In this document: in pieces, positions 1 to 13,228 of the stretch
Layout: each line of letters starts with the position of its first letter
Position numbering within the stretch: position 1 is the first letter of the stretch
Origin: Eledone cirrhosa
Lineage: Eukaryota
NCBI GenBank assembly: GCA_964016885.1
Contig: OZ024745.1
Span: 18,538,001-18,602,000 of the forward strand
DNA length: 64,000 bases
Reading direction: 5' to 3'
Program-made: the position numbers and the translations under genes
The notes under the pieces: generated by a model
What the model saw: the letters and a program-made list of their open reading frames with translations, nothing else
What the model was told of the DNA's origin: nothing
Database searches by the model: none

Positions 1-149
1 GAAAAATGTATTATTTCTTCTTCTATTTCTGTTTTTTATGTCTGGTAATTTGTTTCCTTTAATGTTACTATGGTAATTTCTGTGGTGCGGGTTACTTTTG
101 TTGTTATCATCTCTATTAGTGTGTGTGTGGTTTCTATTCCTATTATTAA

Positions 150-870
150 ATTTTCCCATGGACATGTTGTGTGAAATAATGTTGTAGCTATGCGTTTTTG
201 TAGGTAGGAACTCTATCCCTGTATTATGTCCTGATCTAGCTAATGCCTGATTATAATACTGCGAGTTATTGTTAAATGTGTTTATGTCATAGGATAGATT
301 AGAGATTCTATTAGATACTCCCTAGAGATAGAGTTTAATATAGATCTAGGGTGGTTAGACTTGGTATCTACGTAGATGAGTTTTTCATTAGGTTTGTGGA
401 AAGGTGTATATATCATTGAGTCTAGGTAGAGTGTGGCGTCTAGGAAGTTGACGTTTTTGGTGTTTTTGTCCATGGTAATACTAAGGTTATAGTTTTTGAA
501 TGTTTTGTGCAATAGTTTTCTAGTTCTTTCTATATTGCATTTTTTATAATCTATAAGTAGAAGTGCATCGTCGCGATAGACTCCACTCTAATTTGTAGAT
601 AAGATACCTAATTTAATTTATATATGAGATGGGAGTTTATGTACTGCTTGATGGCCAGACTGGTGTCTTTATATGAGAGATTTGATCTCCAGACCACCCT
701 GGAGATATTTAGATTTACCAAGGATTCAGACATACAATGACCCAGAGCTTACCGGGAGTCATATATAATAATAGGACCATGCCAGGTTCTGCGGGTGGTA
801 TACACTTACAAAGAACATTGATTTGGGGGTCTGACTCTTCTTATAGAATGTTCAGATAGGACACCCCTTA
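150..870 (-). mobile_element. Decayed Penelope-like element (PLE) RT fragment
   Basis: Minus strand near 560-583 reads VYRDDALL. ORF 282-512 has NFLDATL...FHKPNEKLIYVDTKSNHP, the typical PLE RT C-terminal/thumb pattern. The frame is interrupted and the boundaries are approximate. Confidence 0.7.
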
Positions 871-1564
871 ATAGAAGGTAATCATCCTGATATATACACC
901 TTTAGTACCTCTTAATAGACAACACTGTAACCTATAGATAAGTAACATAATCTAGAAATTAGTTATAACAGCATATGATAGGCACTTATTTGAAACACCA
1001 TTAATGTAATTTAGGATAATAAATTTAACTAAGTAAACCAGCTAGTTACCTCGCCTACGCATTAACTCCCCTTGATCACGCACACACTTCCGGAATATAG
1101 TATCGTCACACAAAAGTAAACAACATGATCTATTAATTAAGAATCGACAAGATACGGTTTATAACTTGGTTATATGCCGAACCATCGTGAATTGTATGAT
1201 AGACCCGTGGTCTATATATTGCGTCTCATGGATTATGTGAGTGGTGGTGTGCGCGAAGACAGTGGTACTGTTTTGCTTACGATATAATATGTTTTATAAT
1301 ATGTTTGATATTTTTGATATTTTGGTATTTCTCCACATTTGGGACTGTATATCATACAGGTGTATGCGAAAAAATGATTTAATAATTCAGCCCACATAAT
1401 AATATCGATTGCCTGCTTCAACTGCCTGACCCTGCAAGTAACATTCTGACACACTCTAATCCTGTATAAATAAGACACGCGTGCATGCTACACGTGAGAT
1501 TGTTTCATACACTGACTACTCTAAACTTTCCTCTTGCTTTATCTTCAAAGACTGCCAATGCTTC

Positions 1565-1904
1565 ATTTTTATTTTTATTTTTATTTGTATTTTTATTTTT
1601 ATTTTTTTTATTTTTATTTTTATTTTTATTTTTATTTTTATTTTCATTTTTATTTTTATTTTTATTTTTATTTTTATTTTTATTTTTATTTCTATTTCTA
1701 TTTTTATTTTTATTTTTATTTTTATTTTTATTTTTATTTTTATTTTTATTTTTATTTTTATTTTTATTTTTATTTTTATTTTTATTTTTATTTTTATTTT
1801 TATTTTTATTTTTATTTTTATTTTTATTTTTATTTTTATTTTTATTTTTATTTTTATTTTTATTTTTATTTTTATTTTTATTTTTATTTTTATTTTTATT
1901 TTTA
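1565..1904. repeat. (TTTTTA)n hexanucleotide array
   Basis: Directly visible; source of the spurious FIFI/FLFL/FYFY ORFs. Confidence 0.98.
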
Positions 1905-2132
1905 TCTCTATCCTTTAACCTTTATATGTAAATTGCCATGCTATATCATTTTGATGGATGTCATCCCACTGTTGATCAATATGTGCATATGTTTTTATAT
2001 GTCTCTTGTGTTGAAAAGGAGGTCAAGTATGTTATAGATCACTAAATAGTTGCTCCGAAGAATCCAAACCTCGGTTTGGAGGAAACAATTGTAAGCAAAT
2101 AAATGATTTAAACTGAACTTTGATTATTGTAA

Positions 2133-2137
<5 letters not shown>
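1905..2137 (+). mobile_element. PLE-type terminal-repeat-like segment (inverted sibling at 9391-9616)
   Basis: Near-identical reverse-complement copy at 9391-9616. Both abut a (TTTTTA)n array on one side and dinucleotide repeats on the other, and both carry a hammerhead-like motif. Confidence 0.65.
2050..2098 (+). ncRNA. Minimal type-I hammerhead ribozyme-like motif (U4C core variant)
   Basis: TTGCT-CCGAAGA-aTCCAAAC ctcg GTTTGGAg-GAAA-CAATTG-TA-AGCAA: helix I, core, hairpin II and palindromic helix III. Confidence 0.55.
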
Positions 2138-2212
<75 letters not shown>

Positions 2213-2609
2213 GATGCGAGAAAAACCACAAACCCTCTATCTCAATTCTAATTTTGGAAAGCACAAGAACTGCGAATTTCACTCGTGTAGGACATCGCAT
2301 CTTTTTTCATTTTGTAAAAAGAACCTATTTTCTAATATATATATATATGTACATACATATATATTTAGTGAGAGAGAGAGGGGGAGAGAAAGAGAAAGAT
2401 AGATAGATAGATCCGTCTCTGTCCTATATGAGATTTGCCTTCCACTGATAACAAAAACACATACAATCTTATATATTTTGACGAACTTTGCCTTTTATCA
2501 ATCTCTTTTAATGTCTCTCTCTATATCTCTCTCTGTCTCTCCCTCTCCCTCTCTCTCTGTCTCTCTCTCTCTCTCTCTCCATATATATAGAGATATCTAT
2601 CTATCTAGG

Positions 2610-2760
2610 GCGGGTAAAATTCCCGACATCCATGGACGAGTTCTCTCCAGCGGTCTCTGTCCCTCATTATTGCTGCCATGTCCTGCGTGTCCAACAGACC
2701 AGTGTCTGTCCTTAGGGCATCAACATACGTTAACCTTGGTCTTCCTCTTCCAGAGTGTCC
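2610..2760 (-). mobile_element. RTE-clade LINE 3' fragment
   Basis: Minus strand translates SGRGRPRLTYVDALRTDTGLLDTQDMAAIMRDRDRWRELVHG, matching the RTE C-terminal GRP...DR..WR motif. Confidence 0.7.
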
Positions 2761-2864
2761 TACAGGAGCACTGAGTGCAATGTCAACTCCGGATGTTGGT
2801 GAGCATGTCCAACTAACCTCAGTTATATATCCCCCAACTAAAGCCCCCCACGACGAAAGTTTTA

Positions 2865-3145
2865 CCCATCTATAGCTATTTAAAACATTATATTTCCTTT
2901 GGCTATTTAAATGATTTATTCACCTATAGCTATTAAAAACGCCCTACCTATATATCTGTATAATGTTTTGCTCATCTATAGCTATTGAAAACGCCTTACC
3001 TATATATCTATATAAATGTTTTACTCATCTGTAACTAGTAAAATCGTCCTACCTACATATCTATATAAATAGTTCACTCATCTATAGCTATTAAAAACGT
3101 CTAACCTTCATATATATATAGAAAACCCACTTATAGCTATTTCAA
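2865..3145. repeat. Degenerate minisatellite (CATCTATAGCTATTAAAAACG...TATATATCTATA units)
   Basis: Several imperfect tandem copies are visible. Confidence 0.7.
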
Positions 3146-3949
3146 AGTTTTATCAACTATACTTATCTAACATGTTAGTAAATATCGGTAAATAGTAGAA
3201 AATGTTATTCACTTAAAAGAACCTAAAGTGATTCGACCTCTTATTAGGACTCATTCGTTCATGGCATAACACAATTGCTACATTTTACTTTTATTGTTTT
3301 TGCTGTCATAAACATGAATGCGATACATGACATCCATAAAGATACTTGAAGTTATGTAACAAATAGTTCAAGAAAACTATATAAGCGTATGCTAAATATA
3401 TGTCGGGAAAAAGCTAGTGGAAGTAGAAGAATTTAAATAACACTGGAATTCGTGTTATGGTGTACTGTTTAGCTTTTATATCCCCTTGATAAATTAGAAA
3501 ACAGCATTTCAAAAGATTCCTATTCATTCAACTGTTAAACTTATATTAAAAAAAACTTAGCATTGGGTGAAGTAAAGCGAAATATATCTTTCTTGTGAGA
3601 AACTGTTGTTTCGGATTTATTAGTTGTTTTATTTAGATCTAAGAAATATATGTCGGGAGAAAATTGTAGATAAGGAGAAAACTAGTTATGTTCTAAAGTT
3701 GAGACCTCAAATAGCCATAGCAGTTAATATTATATATAAAAAATGTAATATGTTTGTATAAGTGATAAAAAAATTCTTCTAAGAAGTCCTTTCTTCTAAA
3801 CGTCATGTTTACTGTTCTTTAAAGAGCACAAACTTATACTATTTCTTTTCAAAAATATCACATTATATTGTTTGAGGTGATATACTCAAATTGAAATCAA
3901 ATACACTAACTGTCGTAATGTGTTTACAGTTATAGAATATACGGATTAA

Positions 3950-4174
<225 letters not shown>

Positions 4175-4224
4175 AGAATGAAACGAAATTTCATTTCTCA
4201 CTCTTAGTACGGCACTTACTTAAA

Positions 4225-4703
4225 TGTAAGTATTTATGTATGTATACGTATATACATATATGTATACAGACGTACAGTAGTATGTATATATATACATACA
4301 TGCACACATATATATATATATGCACGTATCGGTTTACCGAACATTTATTATAATGCTCGGTTTGTTTGTTTGTAAACAAACAAACAGCCCGAATTACGCC
4401 GTACAGTGTTTAGGCAACCACCATCTGGCAGGAAGGTACTCGATGCTGACGATAGCTAATAAGCTTGAAACTAGTACATCGTTCCTGTGTCAGTGTTGAA
4501 CAAAAAGGTGACGTGGTTGCCTAAACACTGTACGGCGTAATTCGGGCTGTTTGTTTGTTTACAAACAAACAATCCGAGCATTATAATAAATGTTCGGTAA
4601 ACCGATACGTGCATATATATATATATGTATGCATGTATGTATATATATACATACTACTCTACGTCTGTATACATATATGTATGTACATATACATACATAC
4701 ATA

Positions 4704-4707
<4 letters not shown>
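4225..4707. repeat. Long inverted repeat (~190-bp arms, ~4225-4421 and 4513-4707) with a ~90-bp loop
   Basis: The arms are near-perfect reverse complements, which explains the near-identical ORFs 4191-4379(-) and 4555-4746(+). Confidence 0.92.
4441..4481 (+). ncRNA. Minimal type-I hammerhead ribozyme motif, canonical core
   Basis: CGATG-CTGACGA-tAGCT aata AGCTt-GAAA-CTAG-TA-CATCG. Helix I can extend with GGAA/TTCC. Confidence 0.7.
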
Positions 4708-4735
<28 letters not shown>

Positions 4736-4902
4736 GGTTTGCTTGAAGCATTGTGGAATAATAAAATTAGTCGTTTTGGAAGCGTCAACAATGCAGATGG
4801 GTAAATCTCCGAGTAACAGAATCAGGTGGTAATGAGAGAGATGTAAGAGGAAATGTAGAATGAGACGTATAGGGTGTAGAGGAACGTAGGAAAGAGTGTA
4901 AA

Positions 4903-5094
4903 AATAATAACTGTTTCTACTTTAGGCACAAGGCCAGCAATTACCCAGTGCATTACTGGTACTTTATTTTATCGACTCCGTAAGGTTGAAAGGCAAAGTC
5001 AACCTCGGCGGGATTTGAACTCAGATCGTAAAGGGACGTAACTATGCTGGAAAGCAAGGCGTCCGACCCTCTACCGATACTGCCAATCCACCAC
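4903..5094 (-). mobile_element. SINE family 1 (tRNA-like head, GCCTTTCATCC...GTCGATAAAA core, ATT tail)
   Basis: B-box-like GAGTTCAAATCCC. The core is shared with about 10 copies in the window and resembles Meta/Nin-type SINE cores. Ends in AGAAAC..TTATTATT. Confidence 0.8.
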
Positions 5095-5365
5095 GTGGCC
5101 TCTGTTGTCTATCGTGTGCGCACAATAGAAACAGAACATATATATATATATATATATACGTGTGTGTATGTGTGTGTGTGAGTCCCGATTTCAATTGTGG
5201 GTAACTACAGATAGTAAGGTACTCAATACATTAGTAGAGTTCAAACATCATGTTTAATATAGAAATGGGTTCTACAAGACTGGAACTGTTTCATTCAAAA
5301 CAAATCATTAGGTGCAAATCCCATGGTCATTCATGACCGAAGGGAGTCTTTAACCTTTACCATAC

Positions 5366-5416
<51 letters not shown>

Positions 5417-5809
5417 TATGTGTGTGTGTGTGGTAACGTTGATCAACTGCAGATAGACATATCTGATGTCTAAAGAATATGTCTGGACAGCGTTGATTAG
5501 ATAAGTAAATGATAAGAAAAGTCCAAGAAGTTGTCAAATATATAGGGGGGGCGGGTAACAATATCAATGAAGATAAATAAGACATTTTTTATGTTTGTCC
5601 TTAAATTAACTTATATTGTGACCAGGGCCTGTCAGGACGAGGGGTTGGGATTCGGCATCTTCATTTTACCAGGGTTTTAAGGACCAAGGAACGACTAGTA
5701 ATTATAGGACTTCTCTTCCTTAAACATCCCAATCATTTTAGAATTTCAGATTAGCTAGCCTCACGCTAAAAAGTTTCTGGTCTCGCAAGACCACTCGCTC
5801 TCTCTCTCT

Positions 5810-5898
<89 letters not shown>

Positions 5899-6434
5899 GC
5901 AAACACCATTGGCAATGGACGCACCACACTGCTCTCCTCTCAAAGCTATAAAAGGCACTACATTCAAACGTTGATCATTTTAGACATTTTGTTTTATTTC
6001 ATTATTCTCAATATTTCCTGAAATAACAGATACAGATTAGTAAAATGATCAAACATTATCGGATTTAATATGAATTAAATACAAGTCAATAAAGGTTAAT
6101 GAACAGCAATAGGAACAGCACATTACATTAGTATATTAGTTTTACGCTTCAAACGAAGAGATATGAGTGTCTCAAAGTTTCAGGTGGTTAACCCTTCACT
6201 GGAAAGGGAAACATGGAAGAGATGATTTTGTAAGGGACACGAAAAGGAACAGGTGAAACAAAAAAGCAAAATAGACGTAAAAAGGAAGAAAGAGAGAGAA
6301 AAGAACCACGTGATCAACTGTCATCTATGTTTATGTGACCCCATGTTAGTGTCAATAGATATCGGCATTAGATTAAATAGAAACCTCATGACTGTGTAGA
6401 GCAATAGATAACATTAAAGAGCAAGTCTAGAGCA

Positions 6435-6868
6435 GGTGATTATTGGTATCGGCAGAGCTTTGGACAACATGATTTGTGGTATAGAGTCACGTCCCTTAAC
6501 GTTCAGAGTCAAAATTTCCACCGAGGTTACATTTGTCTTTCTTCCTAACAGGATTCAATAAAAGGAAGTACCAATAACCTACTGGTGTCATTTCATCAAC
6601 TTTCAAAGTGTTTATTCTTGTTTGTAAATCAGAAACTATTAAGAGGGGATGGGTAGCAGTGTCGGTAGAGCATCGGCCAATATGTTTTGTGGTTTATAGC
6701 TACGGCTTTTACATTCTGAGTTCAACTTCCACCTAGGTTTGCTTTGCCTTTCATCCTTACGGGGTCGATAAAAGCGAGTACCAGTAACACACTGGAGTCG
6801 ATTTAATCGACTATCTCTTCCAAACAAAACATTGCTGTCCTCGTTCTTAAATCAGAAGCGATTATTTT
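6435..6868 (+). mobile_element. Two tandem SINE family 1 copies (~6435-6640 and ~6645-6868)
   Basis: Both carry head, core and ...AATCAGAA..ATT tail; the second starts right after the tail of the first. Confidence 0.72.
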
Positions 6869-7242
6869 ATCCGACATTTCCATATGTTTTATCTACGTTA
6901 AATAAAGAAAGCAGTTCGCTACTCTGCAGAAGCTATTACTACTTCAGAAATGTTCTGTTAACTATAAATGTCATGATAAAGAAACTTCTATAGCAAATTA
7001 TATTTGTTATAAAAGCTAACACAGACTGTACACTGGAATTTATAAAACTCATTAACCACGACTACTCACACATACATACATACAAAAACCACACACGTAC
7101 ACAGATATACACACGCTTCAATATATGGCTAAATACATATTCACACGCACAGACACACACACACACGTTCGAACAAATAAAGAGTATTTCATAATTATAT
7201 ATATATATTAATATATATTTATTTTCTTATCACTCATTGTCG

Positions 7243-7357
<115 letters not shown>

Positions 7358-7934
7358 TGTATTGATGTATGTGTATATATATATGTGAGTCTATGTATGT
7401 AATATGTACGTATTCATGATTATATAAATATATGTGTATATGTACATATAAATATATATATATATGCGTGTTTAGGTATGTGTATGCAGGTATGTATGTA
7501 AGTATGTATGTATGTTGGCATAAGTGTTTGTTTTCACTCCGGTAGATCTGTATTTATTATAGTTTATCAGATATATGTCCATCTTCCATATATGGAATGA
7601 TCTACTAACCAATTATAGTAGATTGTCTTGCATCTATTCAATTAATTCTTCTGAAAGAATTAGTTTTGAAAGACTCTTGTCTTGTGTATACGAAACAATT
7701 ATTGCTTGCCAGCTGCTATAATCGAACATTTATTGTTACTATTTCCAGATTCTTCTATTGCAAAGCAAGCCATGAACATCTAGCGACGTCTTATTGTTCA
7801 ACACCAACCAAAACAGTTGTATTTTTAGTCCAACTTTAGACAAAAAAGAAAGATTTAGATTTGCTCTACTTTCTTCCAATTCCTATTGATTGGGTTAGGT
7901 TTGTGTATTTATCTATAGCGACGTATATATATCT

Positions 7935-8583
7935 AAGTGTATATGTGTGTGTATGTACCTTCCTCTGTATGTTTATATGTAAGTGTGTACATACTTTCTT
8001 TTGTATGTAAGTGTGTATAAAGTTTTCTGTCTATGTATGTAAGCATATATGTATATACGTATGTAAGTTTTTTCTCTATGTATGTAAGCATATATTTTGA
8101 AAGCGTGTATATACATTTCTCTGTATGTAAATGTGTATACATGTTTCCCTGCATGTTTGTATGTGAGTGTGTATATATACCTTTCTTTGTACGTATACTT
8201 GAAACTGTGTATATACGTTTCTCTGTATGTATGTAAGTGAGTATACACTGTTCCCTGAAGGTATATATGTAAGGGCGTATATAACTTTCTCTGTATGTTG
8301 GTATGTTGTAGATACTTATTCATGTATGTTTGTGTGTAAATGTGTAAATATTTTTTCTCTATGTTTGTATGCAAGTATATATGTATACTTTTTCTCTCTA
8401 TGTTTGTATATACGTATATATATATATATGTAAGTATATACGTAATTTTCTCTTTTTTATGTTTATATGTGTGTGTATAGACTTTTTCTGTTTTTATGTA
8501 AGCATATATGTATATACGTTTATGTCTGTATGTACCTATATATGCCCTGACTTTTTGTACATTTGTGTGTTGTCTCCTTGAAC

Positions 8584-8622
<39 letters not shown>

Positions 8623-8700
8623 AATTGTGTATACACATTTCTTTGAAAGTTTTTATGTATATACGTATATACATGTAAATACTTTTCTCTGAGTTCATAT
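7935..8700. repeat. Degenerate ~30-35 bp tandem repeat (TTTCTCTGTATGTTTGTATGTAAGTGTGTATATA-like)
   Basis: The repeated unit is visible; overlapping ORFs are low complexity. Confidence 0.75.
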
Positions 8701-8772
8701 GAATGTATGTATATATGCATGTATGTATAAACTTTACTCTTGTTGAATATAAGAGTCTAGTTTTCTCTGTGT

Positions 8773-8815
<43 letters not shown>

Positions 8816-9345
8816 TTTGTTGGTTCACCACTGGATAGAACTGGTCATTCCGTATGGTCAATCTCGATGTAATATTATGGAGAGCACTCAACGTAATGCA
8901 ACTCACCCGTCTTCGTTTGTGTTGTTGGTGGTGCGAGTACGGAGTTAATTATTATAAAATAACCGGAGGCAAGGTTTATTATACTGTGAAAGGTTTATTA
9001 TACTGTGATTATTTCAATGACCGGGTTCAGTATGAATCCGGTGATATCATCAGGTATTCAAAATATAACAAAGGAATATAACAGATAAAATCCATGGGGC
9101 TGAAAATCAGAAACAAGAGGACGACCGACTATTTAGCAGCTTCTACCACACTCGGCCGCCCTCGAGTCAGAAGGTAGAAGGTGAGGTAGAAGCTGCTAAA
9201 TAATTTTTAGTCCAGAATTAGCCGTCGAAACGGCTTGAGCTCAGCCGTCGGGGTCCTACTCGTTCCTATTACCCACTCTACTACCCTAAGTATTGAGTAC
9301 TTTGGTGCGTTATGGTCCACCTGGTTCCTTACCACATTTCCTTCG

Positions 9346-9389
<44 letters not shown>

Positions 9390-9390
9390 A

Positions 9391-9762
9391 TAGAGATTAC
9401 AATAATCAAAGTTCAGTTTAAGTCATTTATTCGCTTACAATTGTTTCCTCCAAACCGAGGTTTGGATTCTTCGGAGCAACTATTTACTGATCTATAACAT
9501 ACTTGACCTCCTTTTCAACCCAAGAGACACATAAAACATATGCGCATATTGATCAACAGTGGGGTGACACTCATCAAATGATATAGCATGGCAATTTACA
9601 TGTAAAGGTTACAGGATAAAAATAAAAATAAAAATAAAAATAAAAATAAAAATAAAAATAAAAATAAAAATAAAAATAAAAATAAAAATAAAAATAAAAA
9701 TAAAAATAAAAATAAAAATAAAAATAAAAATAAAAATAAAAATAAAAATAAAAATAAAAATA
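9391..9762 (-). mobile_element. Second copy of the PLE terminal-repeat-like segment plus its (TAAAAA)n array; hammerhead-like motif at 9433-9478
   Basis: Reverse complement of 1905-2137 followed by (TAAAAA)n at 9617-9762. Confidence 0.7.
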
Positions 9763-9835
9763 AGTATGTATATATGTACGTATGTATGTTTCTATGTAGT
9801 TATGCATTTGTTTGTATTCATTATATATAGATTAG

Positions 9836-10050
9836 GGCAATGGATTGGCGGTATCGGTAGAGTGTCGGACAACCTGATTTGCGGCATATCTTTACGTCCC
9901 TTAACGTTATAGTTTCAAATCCCGCCGGGGTTTGCTTTGCCCTTTAAAGAGGTCAATAAAATAAAATACCAGTAATGCTCTGGTGTCGATTTAATTGATT
10001 TTCCTCTCCCCAAAAATTGTTGACCTTGTGCCTAAATCAAAACTCATTAT
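9836..10050 (+). mobile_element. SINE family 1 copy
   Basis: Head GGATTGGCGGTATCGGTAGAG, shared core, tail CCTTGTGCCTAAATCAAAACTCATTAT. Confidence 0.78.
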
Positions 10051-10997
10051 ATATAAACACAGCGGGGCCAAATGATTAAAAAGCCGGCTTCAGAATCATG
10101 AGTTTCTGGGTTCTATCCTATTACCAGATAGTTTGGAAGAGTGGAGAAGAAAAACTATTTGGAAGCCCATCAATTGCGAAGATGTAAGTATTTGAGACCA
10201 TCGAACACACAGGAGTGGAAAGGTCTGCTAATGTCTTTACCCAATTCAGTAATTTGATCAAGATGAAATTGTCTATCAGTAAAAACGTGGGTTGAATCAT
10301 GGAACGCGTTTCCCTCGCATTACTTCGAATGCCGATAAAATAAATACAAAGCATAGACTTAGTTTCATCAAATCGAGTTAAACAACCCCTTATTTTCCTG
10401 GGACCTATGTTATCAACTGTAGAACACTGTAGAACCAATCATATAATGTGATAATTCAAACGACTACATTGCCATTTAAAAATGTGTAACTTTTCTACTA
10501 ATACAAATCATTACTTTTCTTGATATTGCTGATATTGATGTTTCTCATATTGTTGTTGTCCTTGTTGCAATCATTCTTGTTATTGTTAGTCTTCTTTCTC
10601 TTTATGTTTTCATCGTTCACTTTTTTTCCTTCATTTTCTTTTCGTTTTCCTTATTTTCTTATTGTTTCTGTTGAACTTACTGGCGTTTATTTCATGTTAT
10701 TGCACTTAATTGTATCGACTCAGCCTGTTGTCTAGTAAAACAAAAATCAATACCAACAAAATTATCAGAACTACAACCACTAATAACAACCATAACTATA
10801 ATCTGTAGTAAACAACATTATATAACACTCTTCCATATAAATAAATTAACACTTCCAGTATTTGGAAAAATTAAATTACACATTCCTACATTTTTTACTC
10901 TGAAAATATTTTCCAGTCAACTACAATCGAATATATATATGAGCCTATCAAAATATAAAAGAAAAACAACTGCAATAACATCACCAACAATAACAAA

Positions 10998-11222
10998 AAT
11001 AATCATTGTTTCGACTTTAGGCAAAGCGCCAACAATTTGGAGGGAAGCGGAAGTCAATTAATTCGACCTCAATGCGTGATGCTACATTATTTTATCGCTC
11101 ACTTAAGGATGAAAGGTAAAGCTAACCTCAACAGGATTTGAAATCAGAACGTAAAGGGCCGTATCTACATACTAATAGCGTGGTGTCACATGCTCTACCG
11201 ATACTGTCAATCCACTGCCCTC
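10998..11222 (-). mobile_element. SINE family 1 copy (older)
   Basis: Diverged match to the adjacent 11238-11454 copy. Confidence 0.7.
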
Positions 11223-11237
11223 TCCAGCAGCAATAAT

Positions 11238-11454
11238 GGTTTCTTATATAGGCACAAGACCAGCAATTTTGGGGGAGGGGAAAGTCGATTAAATCGACCT
11301 CAGTGCGTGTCTGGTACTTTATTTTATCGACCCCGGACGGATGAAAGGCAAAGTTAACCTCGGCGGGATTTGAACTCAGACCGTAAAGGGCCGTAACTCC
11401 TTGCTGCAAAGCATGGCGTCCGACTCTCTACCGATACTGCCAATCCACCGCCCA
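11238..11454 (-). mobile_element. SINE family 1, full-length copy with 13-bp TSD
   Basis: Flanked by CAGCAGCAATAAT at 11225-11237 and 11455-11467. Confidence 0.88.
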
Positions 11455-11478
11455 CAGCAGCAATAATAGTATTGGGTT

Positions 11479-11795
11479 CAGGGTTGGATTTAGACTTTAG
11501 GGGGCCCTGGGCACTTCAGGTTTGGGGGCCCCTCATACATAAAAAAATTAGAATACTCAGTAAACTCATCAATTTTACATATCAAAGTTAGCTTGGCACA
11601 AGTAATTGGAATGGAAACGTTATATATACAGGTATTAAATTAAAAAATTATAAACACCCTAAAACTAAAAAGCCACTTGGGTGCACAATAAATTGTTACG
11701 GCCGTCGCTGGTGTGCCCCCCCCCCCCCCACACACACACACACTGCAAGGGGACGGGGCAATTGCCCCCTTTGCTCCCCATTAAATCCAGTTCTG
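11479..11795. mobile_element. Non-autonomous hAT-type DNA transposon (MITE)
   Basis: Imperfect TIRs CAGGGTTGGATTTA / TAAATCCAGTTCTG and a perfect 8-bp TSD ATTGGGTT at 11471-11478 and 11796-11803. Confidence 0.82.
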
Positions 11796-12140
11796 ATTGG
11801 GTTTATATAAGTAAATCCTTATGAAACACGTAAAGCTATTAGGAAATTTTAAATGTTTTACGATGCCATTTTAAAGATGAACGTGATGAAATTAGAACAG
11901 TCGAAATGTCTGATTGGTACAAGTGCCGGATTGGAAAGGTTCAAGAGCCTGATTGGAGTAATACAAGTTCTGGATCATATAAATGAAAATGTTCTTTTAC
12001 ATTTTGCTACTTTAAAACATAGTTTCGATAGCTGTCGATTGGAAAATATGTTTAGAGTAAAAAATGTAAAGATAAGTAATTTAATTTTTCGAATACATGA
12101 AAAGACTATATGTCGGTTAAAATTTTACAAAGCTTTTATG

Positions 12141-12184
<44 letters not shown>

Positions 12185-12618
12185 GTATAAATATATATAT
12201 ATAGTGCAAATGTATGTTCATATATATAAGCAGCATGCAGCAGCAACATATAATTTATCACTCCGATCCCAGGAAGAGCGATAAAACCTGTTGATAAACT
12301 GAATCCTACGTTCGATCACCAATACCATGAGCTTGCCTTTCTAGTAAGTCTCATATTTGATTTCAGATTCAAAGAAACACTTTAAACGATTGTTCGTTTA
12401 ATTTGTCCAAGTGTACTTTTCTCAACCTGATTAGTTCTATCGTTACTTTGGTATTGTGTGTTAGTTTAGCCTACCACAATGTTCGATTTGTCAAGCTATT
12501 TAAACGTATGTTATTACTCTAAGGCCCTACCTTATCGAGTGCTTTGCTAACTCATCACTTCATATAAGTAGGCCGAATTTACTTGCAAACCGCCAGAGAT
12601 TCGATTTTACTGATTTCC

Positions 12619-12668
<50 letters not shown>

Positions 12669-12696
12669 GCACATATTCACATACATATATATATAT

Positions 12697-13100
12697 ACTA
12701 GCAGAGGTTCCCGGCGTTGCTCGGGTATTAAATACCAGTTATGTATACCATTTATGTCAATACTTCAGTGCTGCTTCGAAAACTATACTTTTACAAAATC
12801 ATCGGCTTTTTACAAAAGGGGGTTCCTGCCCCCAAGCGTCCCCTACTCAATATGTGCCAATTCTGAGAGTTCACATTCATCTGTAGAACAAACGTAGCCC
12901 ATGTGTCAAGTTTTGTGAAAATCGGTTGCGAACTCCAGAAGTTATGATGTTTTGTTGCATTGCACTGCAGTTCATCAGTCGACTCCAAGGGAGGCCCTAT
13001 AATCAATATCTGGAAAAATGAAAGTGCCCATGACCATCCAGAGTACATAAGTAACCTATGTCTTAAGTTTGGTGAAAATACTGTAGAAATGCATAAGGTT
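12697..13100 (+). mobile_element. Possible non-autonomous Helitron/Helentron-like element
   Basis: Starts ACTAGCAGAGGTTCCCGGCGTTGCTCGGG; internal TGTCAAGTTTTGTGAAAATCGG-type repeats. Called on motif resemblance only. Confidence 0.45.
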
Positions 13101-13228
13101 TACACGCACACGTGTGTGTGTGGGGGGGGGGTATGTATTTGTGTGTGCGTATGTATATGTATGTGTATGTCCGTCGGCGCATACGAATGTACTGGCCTAA
13201 ATCTTCACTATTTACTTTTACTATTTTA

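Noticed and set aside
1481-2037. ORFs of 145-167 aa (FIFI, FLFL, FYFY)
   Set aside because: They are translations of the (TTTTTA)n array.
7933-8698. 241-aa ORF and overlapping ORFs
   Set aside because: Degenerate tandem repeat with no recognisable domain.
10121-12284. ORFs 10121-10438, 10520-10735 and 11853-12284 as host exons
   Set aside because: No recognisable homology or convincing splice structure, and composition is low complexity. Small exons cannot be excluded without transcript data.
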